From positions 1 through 49,995 of the forward strand of contig JBAXIK010000001.1 of assembly GCA_037138415.1 (NCBI GenBank): a DNA stretch of 49,995 nucleotides, given 5' to 3'. The notes under the pieces are model-generated. The model was not told the DNA's origin. It did no database searches and worked only from the letters and a program-made list of their open reading frames with translations. Positions 19,342 to 27,772 of the stretch are shown here, in pieces (within the stretch, counting starts at the first letter, position 1; each line of letters opens with the position of its first letter). The stretch is from Opitutia bacterium. GTDB lineage: Bacteria; Verrucomicrobiota; Verrucomicrobiia; Opitutales; UBA953. The position numbers were made by a program, and so were the translations under genes.

Positions 19342-20220
19342 ATGTGCGCGGCATCCATGACAGGCTTTGGTCGGGCGGAACTTAAACTCGACGGCAAATC
19401 CTATGCCATCGAAATTGCCTCGGTAAATCAGAAGAATTTGCAGATTTCGGTGTATGGTCCAGAAGAATGGCCGACCCTAGAAACCGTGGTCAGTAATGCC
19501 ATCCGACAGCATCTACATCGGGGTAAAGTGACTGTCCGAATTAATTCTGCCGATTTTTCAAATCGCTCCGCAACCAACTGGGATGAAAATAATCTCCGGT
19601 CTTTATTTGATGAGTTTCAAGCTCTGGCAAAAAAATTAAACGTCCCCGTCACACCCGATGCTCATTTACTTTTAAGTTTGAGTAATGTGCGAAGTAACAA
19701 TCGTCCCAGTTTACCATCCTTTGATGTTTGTGAAAAAGATGTTCTATCGGCACTCGAGGTTGCGGTTAAGCAACTCATGAAAATGCGTGAGGTGGAAGGA
19801 CAAATTTTGGCGAAAGATTTAAAGGCCCGACTCATCAAAATTAATCAAAGTGTTGATGTCATGCAGGAGTCCGAAAAGGAAGCGCCCAAACGTCACCGTG
19901 ATTTGATGCATAAACGATTAAAAGATATGGGTCTGGAATTAGATTTAGCCGACGAACGTGTGCTTAAGGAAATTGCGATTTGGGCGGATCGTTGCGACAT
20001 TACCGAGGAAATCGTCAGGCTAAAAAGTCACATCCAACAGTTTGAACAGGACTTACAAGGTGATAAGAATGGAAGAAAACTGGACTTTCTCGTGCAGGAA
20101 TTGCTCCGGGAGGCTAACACCGTAGGGAGTAAGGCATCGGAAATAGCCACAACTCGTGCCGTTTTAGAGGTTAAAACTGAAATTGAGAGAATTAGAGAAC
20201 AGGTTCAAAATCTTGAATAA
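19342..20220 (+). CDS. yicC: YicC-family stress-induced protein
   Basis: The N-terminus is SMTGFGRAE and the C-terminal DUF1732-type block is GRKLDFLVQELLREANTVGSKA...IREQVQNLE, collinear with E. coli YicC. Confidence 0.88.
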   Translation: MCAASMTGFGRAELKLDGKSYAIEIASVNQKNLQISVYGPEEWPTLETVVSNAIRQHLHRGKVTVRINSADFSNRSATNWDENNLRSLFDEFQALAKKLNVPVTPDAHLLLSLSNVRSNNRPSLPSFDVCEKDVLSALEVAVKQLMKMREVEGQILAKDLKARLIKINQSVDVMQESEKEAPKRHRDLMHKRLKDMGLELDLADERVLKEIAIWADRCDITEEIVRLKSHIQQFEQDLQGDKNGRKLDFLVQELLREANTVGSKASEIATTRAVLEVKTEIERIREQVQNLE

Positions 20221-20290
20221 AGTGAGGCTAGGGTATTGCCAACAGTCCTTTCCTTTGTCTTTCTCTATCAACACTTACTAGTTTTTATCC

Positions 20291-20614
20291 ATGTCTGACA
20301 ATCTTACAAAGCGGCAAATAGTCCTAAAAATTTTTACGGATAAAGGCTACCCACAAAAGCATATTCGCGATAGCGTCCAGTTAACCTTGGACGCGATCAC
20401 TGAAGCTTTGCTCGCTGGTCGTGATGTCGAGCTCCGTAACTTTGGTGTATTTCAAGTTCAAGTTCGTAAAAGTCGCATCGGTCGTAATCCCAATCGTCCT
20501 GAAACTGATGTCGTGATTCCAAAACGAGCGGTCATTAAATTTAAAGCCGGTAAAGAACTTAAAGCTAAATTGAAGTCTTATAATATTGATAAGACGGATA
20601 CGAAGCCCGAGTAA
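20291..20614 (+). CDS. HU/IHF-family DNA-binding protein
   Basis: The 107-aa protein contains RNFGVFQVQVRKSRIGRNPNRPETDVVIPKRAVIKFKAGKELK, the beta-arm with its intercalating proline. Confidence 0.88.
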   Translation: MSDNLTKRQIVLKIFTDKGYPQKHIRDSVQLTLDAITEALLAGRDVELRNFGVFQVQVRKSRIGRNPNRPETDVVIPKRAVIKFKAGKELKAKLKSYNIDKTDTKPE

Positions 20615-20624
20615 GTTTTTATCC

Positions 20625-21962
20625 ATGGCAGACATCCGCTCATTACCAGGTTTTAGAGAATTCTATCCTGAAGATAGAGCGATTCAAAATCATCTCTTCA
20701 CAGTCTGGCGTCAGGCCTGCCGTCGTTATGGTTTTCGCGAATGGGAATCCCCTGTGCTCGAGCCTTTAGAGCTATTTACGGAAAAGTCCGGAGAGGAAAT
20801 CGTTAAACAGTTATTCAACTTTGAAGACAAGGGCGGCCGTCAAGTGAGTCTCCGTCCCGAGATGACTCCTTCCCTGGCACGCATGGTTGGTGCTCGTGCC
20901 AATGGGATGCCTAAACCGATTCGCTGGTTCTCCATCGGTGAAAATTTCCGTTACGAAAAACCTCAGAAAGGACGGCTCCGCTCCTTTTATCAGTTGAACG
21001 CTGATTTACTCGGTGAAGCGAGTGCGACGGCTGATGCCGAACTGATCGCCCTGTGTGCCGATTGTTTATTGGGCTTTGGTCTGACTCAAAAAGATTTCTC
21101 GATCCGTATTTCCGACCGTCAACTCTGGTTTAAATTTTTAGAAAGCGAAAAAGTTCCGACCGAGAAAATTACCGCTGTCTTGGGCGTAGTGGATAAGTTA
21201 GAGCGCTCCAGTCCTGGTGATTTATTAGAGGCGATGAAAGTCGTGCTTGTCGGTTCTGACTGCGATGCCTCTAAGTTGTTAGCATCTATAAAAGCTTTTG
21301 CCGCGATTCGTACACTCACTGAATTAGAAGCAGTGGCACAAAAAGACCCAGCGATGGTCGCCCGATTGGCAGAATGGAAACAATTACTCGATTCTATCAA
21401 AGCCCTTGGTTTTTCGGAATGTGTATCCATAGATTTAACCATTGTTCGCGGTCTTGCTTACTATACCGGCTTTGTTTTCGAAGCATTTGAAGTCGGTGCC
21501 GAAGCCCGTGCACTCGCCGGTGGCGGACGTTATGATACTTTAGTTAAGAAATTAGGCGGCCCCGATTTACCTGCTGCTGGTTTCGGCATGGGTGATGTTA
21601 CTGTTCGTGACTTATTGGAGTCTAAAAATCTTTTACCCAAGTATTCAGACGGACCAAATTTCTACGTGATGATTCTGGGTGACGATGCCCGTGTTGCCGC
21701 TCTTGAAGATATCGCCGCACTTCGTCGCGCCGGCTTCAGGGTCGAATACAATTTACGAGATGGTAAATTCCCTAAATTAATTCAAAGCGCCGAAACGATT
21801 GGTGCTCAATATGCGCTCGTCTATGGTGGTGAAGAAGTCGCTAAAGGAATTACGAAGGTCAGAAGTTTAACCGATCGTACCGAGGCCACCATTCCTCGTA
21901 CCGACATCATTCCTGCACTTCGTGCCGTATTAGAAGAAGGCATGCGTGCCATTCTTCCCTAA
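20625..21962 (+). CDS. hisS: Histidine--tRNA ligase
   Basis: Class II aaRS motifs are present: GFREFYPED, RPEMTPSLARM, FRYEKPQKGRLRSFYQ, GGGRYD and a C-terminal anticodon-binding domain. The ATG at 20625 is preferred over the track's TTG at 20586, which would overlap the HU gene. Confidence 0.93.
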   Translation: MADIRSLPGFREFYPEDRAIQNHLFTVWRQACRRYGFREWESPVLEPLELFTEKSGEEIVKQLFNFEDKGGRQVSLRPEMTPSLARMVGARANGMPKPIRWFSIGENFRYEKPQKGRLRSFYQLNADLLGEASATADAELIALCADCLLGFGLTQKDFSIRISDRQLWFKFLESEKVPTEKITAVLGVVDKLERSSPGDLLEAMKVVLVGSDCDASKLLASIKAFAAIRTLTELEAVAQKDPAMVARLAEWKQLLDSIKALGFSECVSIDLTIVRGLAYYTGFVFEAFEVGAEARALAGGGRYDTLVKKLGGPDLPAAGFGMGDVTVRDLLESKNLLPKYSDGPNFYVMILGDDARVAALEDIAALRRAGFRVEYNLRDGKFPKLIQSAETIGAQYALVYGGEEVAKGITKVRSLTDRTEATIPRTDIIPALRAVLEEGMRAILP

Positions 21963-21965
21963 GCA

Positions 21966-23561
21966 ATGAAGGAACAGTCGCGCCAATATCAAAACATGGC
22001 GAAGACTGCGTCGTGGACGATGGTCTCACGTATTTTAGGTTTGGTGCGCGACCAATTAATCGCTGCGTTTTTTGGTGCAGGTATTGTGGCATCGGCTTTT
22101 TTATTCGCTTTTCAAATACCCAATTTATTTCGCCGACTTTTAGGTGAAGGTGCTCTCACTGCGGCGACGGTTCCTGTTTTAGCGGCTAAAGCAAACGAAG
22201 GGGGTACCAAAGAATCCTACGCCTTTCTAAATTATATTATCCGTCGCATGTTGCCGTGGATGTTGGGCTTAACACTCGTGGGTATGGGCGGTGCATTACT
22301 CTGGTTTCTCTTAGCAGCGAACGATCAACAAAGGTATGCAGCCGAACTCACCGCTTGGTGTATGCCTTACATGCCGTTGATTTGTATCGCAGCATTATTT
22401 ACCTCGGCGGTTAATCTCAGCGGTCGGTTTGGATTAGCGGAAATTGCTTCATCGGCGCTCAACCTTTGCATGATTTTGGGTATAGGTTTCTTTGGATATT
22501 ATTTAGCCGATACTCCCATGGGTCAGGCTCGTTGGCTTTGTGCTGGTGCCATTGCAGGCGGCGTTTTACAGCTTTTGATACCTATGTGGGGCTTGCAACA
22601 AGCGGGTTGGAAAAGTCACCCCGTGCATGCCGACGAAAAGGCCTGGAGTGCTTTAAGAATCGCTTTTATTCCAGCAGCTCTCGGCGCTGGTATTCTACAG
22701 ATTAATTTTTTAATTTCTCGTAGCCTTGCCTTCAACGTCGATGGAGCTGGTTTAACTTATTACTATATTGCCAATCGAATTGTGGAGCTACCCATCGGAC
22801 TATTTTCAACGTCCATTGCCACGGTGATGTTTCCCGCCATGGCGACCGCCTTTGCACAAAATAATTCTGATGCTTTGAGTCGAAACTATGCTCGCGGTAT
22901 GCGTTTGATTTTAGCCATCAATATTGCTGCGGCCGTTGGGTTCGTTGTTTTCTCCCGAGAAATTGTGCAGGTACTTTTTGAATTTGGTAGATTCAAGGCG
23001 GAGGACTGTGAAAATACTCGTCTGGTACTTTGTTTATTCGCCTTAGCGATGCCATTCCACGCGATGATTTCTATGGTTACGCGGGCCTTGAATGTGATTG
23101 GTAATACCACGGCGACATTCCGCGTGGCCCTGCAATCCGTATCGGTCAACGTGGTCGCCTCGATCTTTGTGGTTTGGAAAGGTTATGGTATTGAAGGCTT
23201 AGCCTGCGCCAATGCCTTAGCGGCGATCGTGCAGTATACATTACTGCGCATGGAGCTTAAAAAATCTGCCCCCTACGTTTTAGCTGAATCACTCTGGAAG
23301 CCCTGCGGACAAAGTATCTTCGGTTCGTTGTTGATGGGTGGTATTGCGTACCAGATTTTTCATTTCGTAAATCCTCTGTTACACGGTTGGAATGTATTAA
23401 ATTCCAAAATCGCATTATTCACGGCGATGAGTCTTGCCGCAGTAATCGCGGCAACCGCCTATGCGGCCATGCTTTATTGGTGGAAGTATCCAGAGCGTGA
23501 TATGATGACGGATGCACTGAACAAAGTTAAGCATCGCTTCGGTATGAAAACCGACGCTTAG
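21966..23561 (+). CDS. murJ: Lipid II flippase MurJ
   Basis: A 531-aa polytopic protein whose N-terminal MVSRILGLVRDQLIAAFFGAG and FAFQIPNLFRRLLGEGAL are the MurJ/MviN signature region. Confidence 0.9.
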   Translation: MKEQSRQYQNMAKTASWTMVSRILGLVRDQLIAAFFGAGIVASAFLFAFQIPNLFRRLLGEGALTAATVPVLAAKANEGGTKESYAFLNYIIRRMLPWMLGLTLVGMGGALLWFLLAANDQQRYAAELTAWCMPYMPLICIAALFTSAVNLSGRFGLAEIASSALNLCMILGIGFFGYYLADTPMGQARWLCAGAIAGGVLQLLIPMWGLQQAGWKSHPVHADEKAWSALRIAFIPAALGAGILQINFLISRSLAFNVDGAGLTYYYIANRIVELPIGLFSTSIATVMFPAMATAFAQNNSDALSRNYARGMRLILAINIAAAVGFVVFSREIVQVLFEFGRFKAEDCENTRLVLCLFALAMPFHAMISMVTRALNVIGNTTATFRVALQSVSVNVVASIFVVWKGYGIEGLACANALAAIVQYTLLRMELKKSAPYVLAESLWKPCGQSIFGSLLMGGIAYQIFHFVNPLLHGWNVLNSKIALFTAMSLAAVIAATAYAAMLYWWKYPERDMMTDALNKVKHRFGMKTDA

Positions 23562-23562
23562 G

Positions 23563-24399
23563 TTATTTTTTACGATACTTGAAATTGAGTGCCGCTAAGA
23601 TGGCTACCGTCTCTGTATCGGCTTCGCCATTGACTTTAGAACTTCTAAAATGTCGCTGAAAGGCTTCGAGTGCTGACTTGATGGTGTTTGAGCTAAAGTT
23701 TTCGGGCTGATATCCGTAGGTCTTGAGCATATCGAAGATCACAGAGTTGCTCGGGATTTTTTGGGTATAAAGAATTTTAAAACGTGCGACATCGACATCA
23801 TCGGGCCAAGCACCCACGCCGCTTTCAGCTAAAAGTTTCCAGGGGAAGTTACTGCCCGGATCTACTTTACGTCCGATGGCGATGTCCGAATGTGCCAGCA
23901 CGTTCGTCGCCGGGATTTGATGACGCTTAACAATATCGAGTGAAAGATCGATGACTTTGGATATCTGCTCTTTAGGATACGCTTTAGTGTTACCATCAAG
24001 ATTGACGATTTCGATGCCGACGGATGATTGATTCATACTTTTAATATTCAGCCATTTACTTTTACCGGCATGGGAGGTCGAAAATTCTTCCGCAGCTAAT
24101 TTGAAAACCCTGGGTGTGACTTCATCGCTCACTAAATAATGAATACCGACCTTATGCTGTGGGTCTTTGCCACGGAGTATCTCTAGGGCCGAGGGCAGGG
24201 GCGCAGCGGTGTGATGTAGGATAAGGTAGGTAACTGGGACCGAACGCGGCAAGATGGCTTCGCAACTTAAGCACTGATCAGCGGGGTAAGTGCCCGCCAC
24301 TGCCGGCATTTTATCGGTTTGAGTCGCACAACCGACCATGAGCACCACCATAATTACCGATAGGCAGACTGAATCAAATGAGTGTTTTCGTGCAAACAT
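23563..24399 (-). CDS. N-acetylmuramoyl-L-alanine amidase (Amidase_2/AmiD-like) with a C-terminal peptidoglycan-binding domain, probable lipoprotein
   Basis: It has a lipobox-like LMVGC, the Zn-amidase motifs LILHHTA and AHSDIAIGRKVDPG, and a PG_binding_1-like tail (ALEAFQRHFRSSKVNGEADTETVAIL). Confidence 0.8.
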   Translation of the reverse strand: MFARKHSFDSVCLSVIMVVLMVGCATQTDKMPAVAGTYPADQCLSCEAILPRSVPVTYLILHHTAAPLPSALEILRGKDPQHKVGIHYLVSDEVTPRVFKLAAEEFSTSHAGKSKWLNIKSMNQSSVGIEIVNLDGNTKAYPKEQISKVIDLSLDIVKRHQIPATNVLAHSDIAIGRKVDPGSNFPWKLLAESGVGAWPDDVDVARFKILYTQKIPSNSVIFDMLKTYGYQPENFSSNTIKSALEAFQRHFRSSKVNGEADTETVAILAALNFKYRKK

Positions 24400-24461
24400 T
24401 GTACGTATTGATCATAGCCTATAGGGTGACAGGATAGACCCCAAGATTAATCATATTTAAT

Positions 24462-24470
24462 TGATATAAT
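24462..24470 (+). promoter_or_regulatory. Candidate extended -10 promoter element (TGaTATAAT) upstream of the DeoR/deoxyhexose operon
   Basis: A perfect TATAAT at 24465-24470 is preceded by TG at 24462-24463. It lies in the largest non-coding, AT-rich gap of the window. No good -35 was seen. This is a pattern match only. Confidence 0.3.
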
Positions 24471-24598
24471 GCCAGTATTTATTATAGTATAGTCAATTAG
24501 ACATAATGTATATTGTGCGAAATACAAGATTGGGTCGGTCTGGGTTTGGTAATCGGCTTGCCATTTACATGATTGAGAACAGTCATATAAAAACCCCT

Positions 24599-25375
24599 AT
24601 GAAAGTTGCACGACACGTTATTGAAGCCCGCCGCGAGGCAATTGCAAAGCTACTCGGAAATGTTGGCTATGTCCCTGTCCTCGAAATCTGTAAGCACTTT
24701 AATGTTTCTGAAGCCACCGCACGCCGTGATCTTACAGAATTAGAAAGCCAGCGCCGCTTGACCAGAACTCATGGTGGTGCGCTATCAGACTTTAATAGAA
24801 ACTTCCCGCCACTCGATTCACGTAAAACTGAAGAAGCTGAGGCTAAACAAAAAGTCGGATTGAAAGCATCCACCTTTGTTAAGGCTGGTATGACCATCTA
24901 TATTGATTCTGGTTCGACTGTACACTGTGCTGCTGAAGCCATTGTCGCGGCGCGTATTCCTGATTTACAAATTATCACTACGAGTATTCCAACCGCCCAG
25001 TTGGTTTGCACATTACCCGGCGTTGAAGTTTATATTCCCGGCGGATTATATCTTGCCCAACAAGCGATGGTTGCCGGTGATCGCACCTTGGAAGAAGTCG
25101 CGCGTTGGAATTTTGATTTAGCCTTACTCGGTGCTCAAGGCATTGATGAAAACGGTCTGTGGAATTCTCAGCGCGATATTTCTCACCAGCAACGTGAAGT
25201 AATCCGTCGCAGTGACCAAACACTAATTTGTATGCATAAATCCAAACTCGGCCGCTCGGGTCCTAGTGCCGTGACGCGTGATATTGCCCCTTTATATTTA
25301 GTTGTTGATGCGGATGCTGCGATGGTCGCCAAGGCCAAAGTTAAAATGTCAGCCCAGCACATCATTACTGCTTAA
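24599..25375 (+). CDS. DeoR-family transcriptional regulator (likely sugar-phosphate responsive)
   Basis: The N-terminal HTH is ICKHFNVSEATARRDLTELE, followed by a DeoR C-terminal sensor domain. The ATG at 24599 gives a canonical length of 258 aa. The upstream ATGs at 24506 and 24569 would add a non-conserved leader. Confidence 0.85.
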   Translation: MKVARHVIEARREAIAKLLGNVGYVPVLEICKHFNVSEATARRDLTELESQRRLTRTHGGALSDFNRNFPPLDSRKTEEAEAKQKVGLKASTFVKAGMTIYIDSGSTVHCAAEAIVAARIPDLQIITTSIPTAQLVCTLPGVEVYIPGGLYLAQQAMVAGDRTLEEVARWNFDLALLGAQGIDENGLWNSQRDISHQQREVIRRSDQTLICMHKSKLGRSGPSAVTRDIAPLYLVVDADAAMVAKAKVKMSAQHIITA

Positions 25376-25395
25376 TTTTATCACCCACCCTACTC

Positions 25396-27009
25396 GTGAA
25401 AAAAAATATTATCTACTTGGTCGCTAACGGCGATCTTCGTGCTTCCGCTAACCAGAAGTGTGAAAAAGAACAGTTAGCGATGGAGGCGAAATTGATTTCT
25501 GCCCTCCGCGTGCTTGGTTATACCGTAAAGCGTGCGCACGGATATCGCTCTGATGTGAAGCACAGCTTCATCGATTCTCAAAAATACGGTATCCAAGTTT
25601 TCAGCAAGATTCCCCAAGAAGCTCCTGTCATTGTCGCCGAAGCAGTCTGGCAATACTCTCACCATATTCTGCCTGGTTTGTTAACTCACACGGGTCCTAT
25701 CTTAACGCTGGCAAATTGGTCAGGCGTTTGGCCAGGTCTCGTGGGTATGTTAAATCTCAATGGTTCGCTCCTCAAAGCAGGCGTTAAATTCTCCTCGTTA
25801 TGGAGTGAAGATTTTACCGATGAGAAATTTAAAAACGGTTTAGTGGCTTGGCTCAAGAAAGGTGAAGTTAAGCATCCCACCCCTCATGTAAAAACATTGC
25901 GCAGCCCGCTTGCAGGTGCTGACGCATCGGTCGGCCGTCGCTTCGCCCAAGATTTTCGTTCCAAAAAAGCCATCATGGGTGTCTTCGACGAAGGTTGTAT
26001 GGGTATGTATAACGCCATCATCCCTGACGAAATCATTCACCCTACCGGAGTTTATAAAGAACGTCTCAGCCAGTCTTCGCTTTATGCAGAGATGTTAACC
26101 GTGAAAGACGCCGAAGCGCAGAAGGCTCTCAATTGGTTACTCAAAAAAGGAATGAAATTTGCTTGGGGTAAGAATGAAAAGACTGAGCTCACCAAAGCTC
26201 AAACCCTAGCCCAGTTGAAAATGTACATCGCCGCCGTGCGTATTGCTGATGACTTCGGCTGTGCCACCATCGGTATTCAGTATCAACAAGGTCTTAAGGA
26301 TCTCGCCCCCGCTTCGGATCTAGTGGAAGGTCTCTTGAATAATCGTGAGCGCCCTCCTGTCTTTGATCGCAGCAACAAACGTGAATTGTTCAAAGGTGAA
26401 GCTCTCCCTCACTTTAACGAAGTCGATGAGTGTGCCGGTCTTGATGGTTTAATCACTTATCACTTGTGGAAGAAATTAGGATTCGAACCAGAGAACACTC
26501 TGCACGATTTACGTTGGGGCCGTCAGTACGTTGGTCCATCAGGCAATAAGATGATCGATGAGTATGTCTGGGTCTTCTTAATTTCTGGTGCCGCTCCGGT
26601 ACAACATTTCATCGGTGGATATAAAGGAACAGTTTCGGAAAGACAGCCGGCCATGTATTTCCGTTTAGGTGGTGGCACGGTTAAAGGTGTTTCCAAACCA
26701 GGTTGGATTGTTTGGTCCCGTATTTTCGTTCTCGATAATGAACTTCACGCTGACTTGGGCATCGCCGAAGTCATTGCCTTGCCTCAGGCGGAAACCGAGG
26801 ATCGTTGGCAGAAATCGACTCCCCAGTGGCCAATCATGCACACCGTACTCTCGGGTATTTCTCGCGATGAGATGATGGCACGTCACCCCTCTAACCACAT
26901 TCAAGTGGTCTACACACCCTCCCCTGCTGGCGCAAAACGCGGATTATTGGCCAAAGCAGGCGCTTTCCAAGAATTAGGCATTAAGGTGTCCCTTTGTGGT
27001 AAGTACTAA
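25396..27009 (+). CDS. Sugar isomerase of the L-fucose/L-arabinose isomerase superfamily (candidate deoxyhexose isomerase)
   Basis: The C-terminal half parallels E. coli FucI blocks recalled from memory: NEVDECAG vs ATENDS, LHDLRW vs FADVRTYW, YFRLGGG vs YFRGGG, TPQWPIMH vs STWPTTW, and SNHIQVVY vs ANHGVLTIGH. The start is GTG. At 537 aa it is shorter than FucI (591 aa). Confidence 0.65.
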   Translation: MKKNIIYLVANGDLRASANQKCEKEQLAMEAKLISALRVLGYTVKRAHGYRSDVKHSFIDSQKYGIQVFSKIPQEAPVIVAEAVWQYSHHILPGLLTHTGPILTLANWSGVWPGLVGMLNLNGSLLKAGVKFSSLWSEDFTDEKFKNGLVAWLKKGEVKHPTPHVKTLRSPLAGADASVGRRFAQDFRSKKAIMGVFDEGCMGMYNAIIPDEIIHPTGVYKERLSQSSLYAEMLTVKDAEAQKALNWLLKKGMKFAWGKNEKTELTKAQTLAQLKMYIAAVRIADDFGCATIGIQYQQGLKDLAPASDLVEGLLNNRERPPVFDRSNKRELFKGEALPHFNEVDECAGLDGLITYHLWKKLGFEPENTLHDLRWGRQYVGPSGNKMIDEYVWVFLISGAAPVQHFIGGYKGTVSERQPAMYFRLGGGTVKGVSKPGWIVWSRIFVLDNELHADLGIAEVIALPQAETEDRWQKSTPQWPIMHTVLSGISRDEMMARHPSNHIQVVYTPSPAGAKRGLLAKAGAFQELGIKVSLCGKY

Positions 27010-27010
27010 G

Positions 27011-27772
27011 ATGAGTACCGAAGCGAAGGATTTAAATCCGCTCTTAGAGCTCTCCCATCAAATGGGTTCACCCTCATTGCGCATGGCAATTTTGGGTGAA
27101 GGCAATTCATCTCTCAAACTGAACGACGAAACCTTCGCTGTAAAAGCCTCGGGTACCAATCTAGAAAAACTACAAACATCGGATGTCGCTGTTTGTCGCT
27201 TTGATAAACTTCTACCACTGTTTAGTGAAAAAGATTTAAGCGACGCAGCGATTGATAAAGCTTTGTTTGATTCGCGCGTAGATTCGAATGCCAAAAAGCC
27301 TTCGATTGAAGCACTCTTCCACGCGTGGCTCTTAACTCTGCCTGGCGTCAACTGCGTGGGTCACGTTCACGCGATTGCGGTAAATCAAATTCTTTGTTCT
27401 CCGCGAGCCAAGGAATTTGCAACGCAGCGTTTATTTCCTGACGAAGTTGTCCTTTGCGGAACTGAGTCCGTTTTAGTGCCTTACGTGGATCCAGGTTTAA
27501 GTTTAGCTAAGGCGATTCGTGATGAAACTCTCTTGTATGTTCGTCGTACCGGACGTGAACCCAAAGTTATTCTCTTAAAGAATCACGGAATCATCGCCGT
27601 GGGATCCAATCCCAAGGCCGTCATGGGCACCTTGCTCATGGCTGAAAAGTCTGCGCAAATATTTGTTGGTGCAGCAACACTGGGTGGTCCTGATTTTATG
27701 TCAGCCGGACAAGTCGAACGTATTGCGGGTCGACCCGATGAACATTACCGCCAAAAAATGCTCGGACAATAA
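27011..27772 (+). CDS. Stand-alone class II aldolase/adducin-domain protein, paralogous to the RhaE domain of the downstream RhaEW
   Basis: Contains GEGNSSLK, the zinc-ligand region VGHVHA and LLKNHGIIAVG. These blocks align with GGGNTSSK, VDHMHP and MMGQHGFISW in the 730-aa protein. The ATG at 27011 is 1 nt after the isomerase stop. Confidence 0.75.
   Translation: MSTEAKDLNPLLELSHQMGSPSLRMAILGEGNSSLKLNDETFAVKASGTNLEKLQTSDVAVCRFDKLLPLFSEKDLSDAAIDKALFDSRVDSNAKKPSIEALFHAWLLTLPGVNCVGHVHAIAVNQILCSPRAKEFATQRLFPDEVVLCGTESVLVPYVDPGLSLAKAIRDETLLYVRRTGREPKVILLKNHGIIAVGSNPKAVMGTLLMAEKSAQIFVGAATLGGPDFMSAGQVERIAGRPDEHYRQKMLGQ

Noticed and set aside
24506-24598. Upstream ATGs extending the DeoR regulator by 10-31 residues
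   Set aside because: The DeoR HTH normally begins within about 10-20 residues of the N-terminus. The extension (MYIVRNTRLGRSGFGN...) has no family resemblance. It cannot be excluded without 5' mapping.
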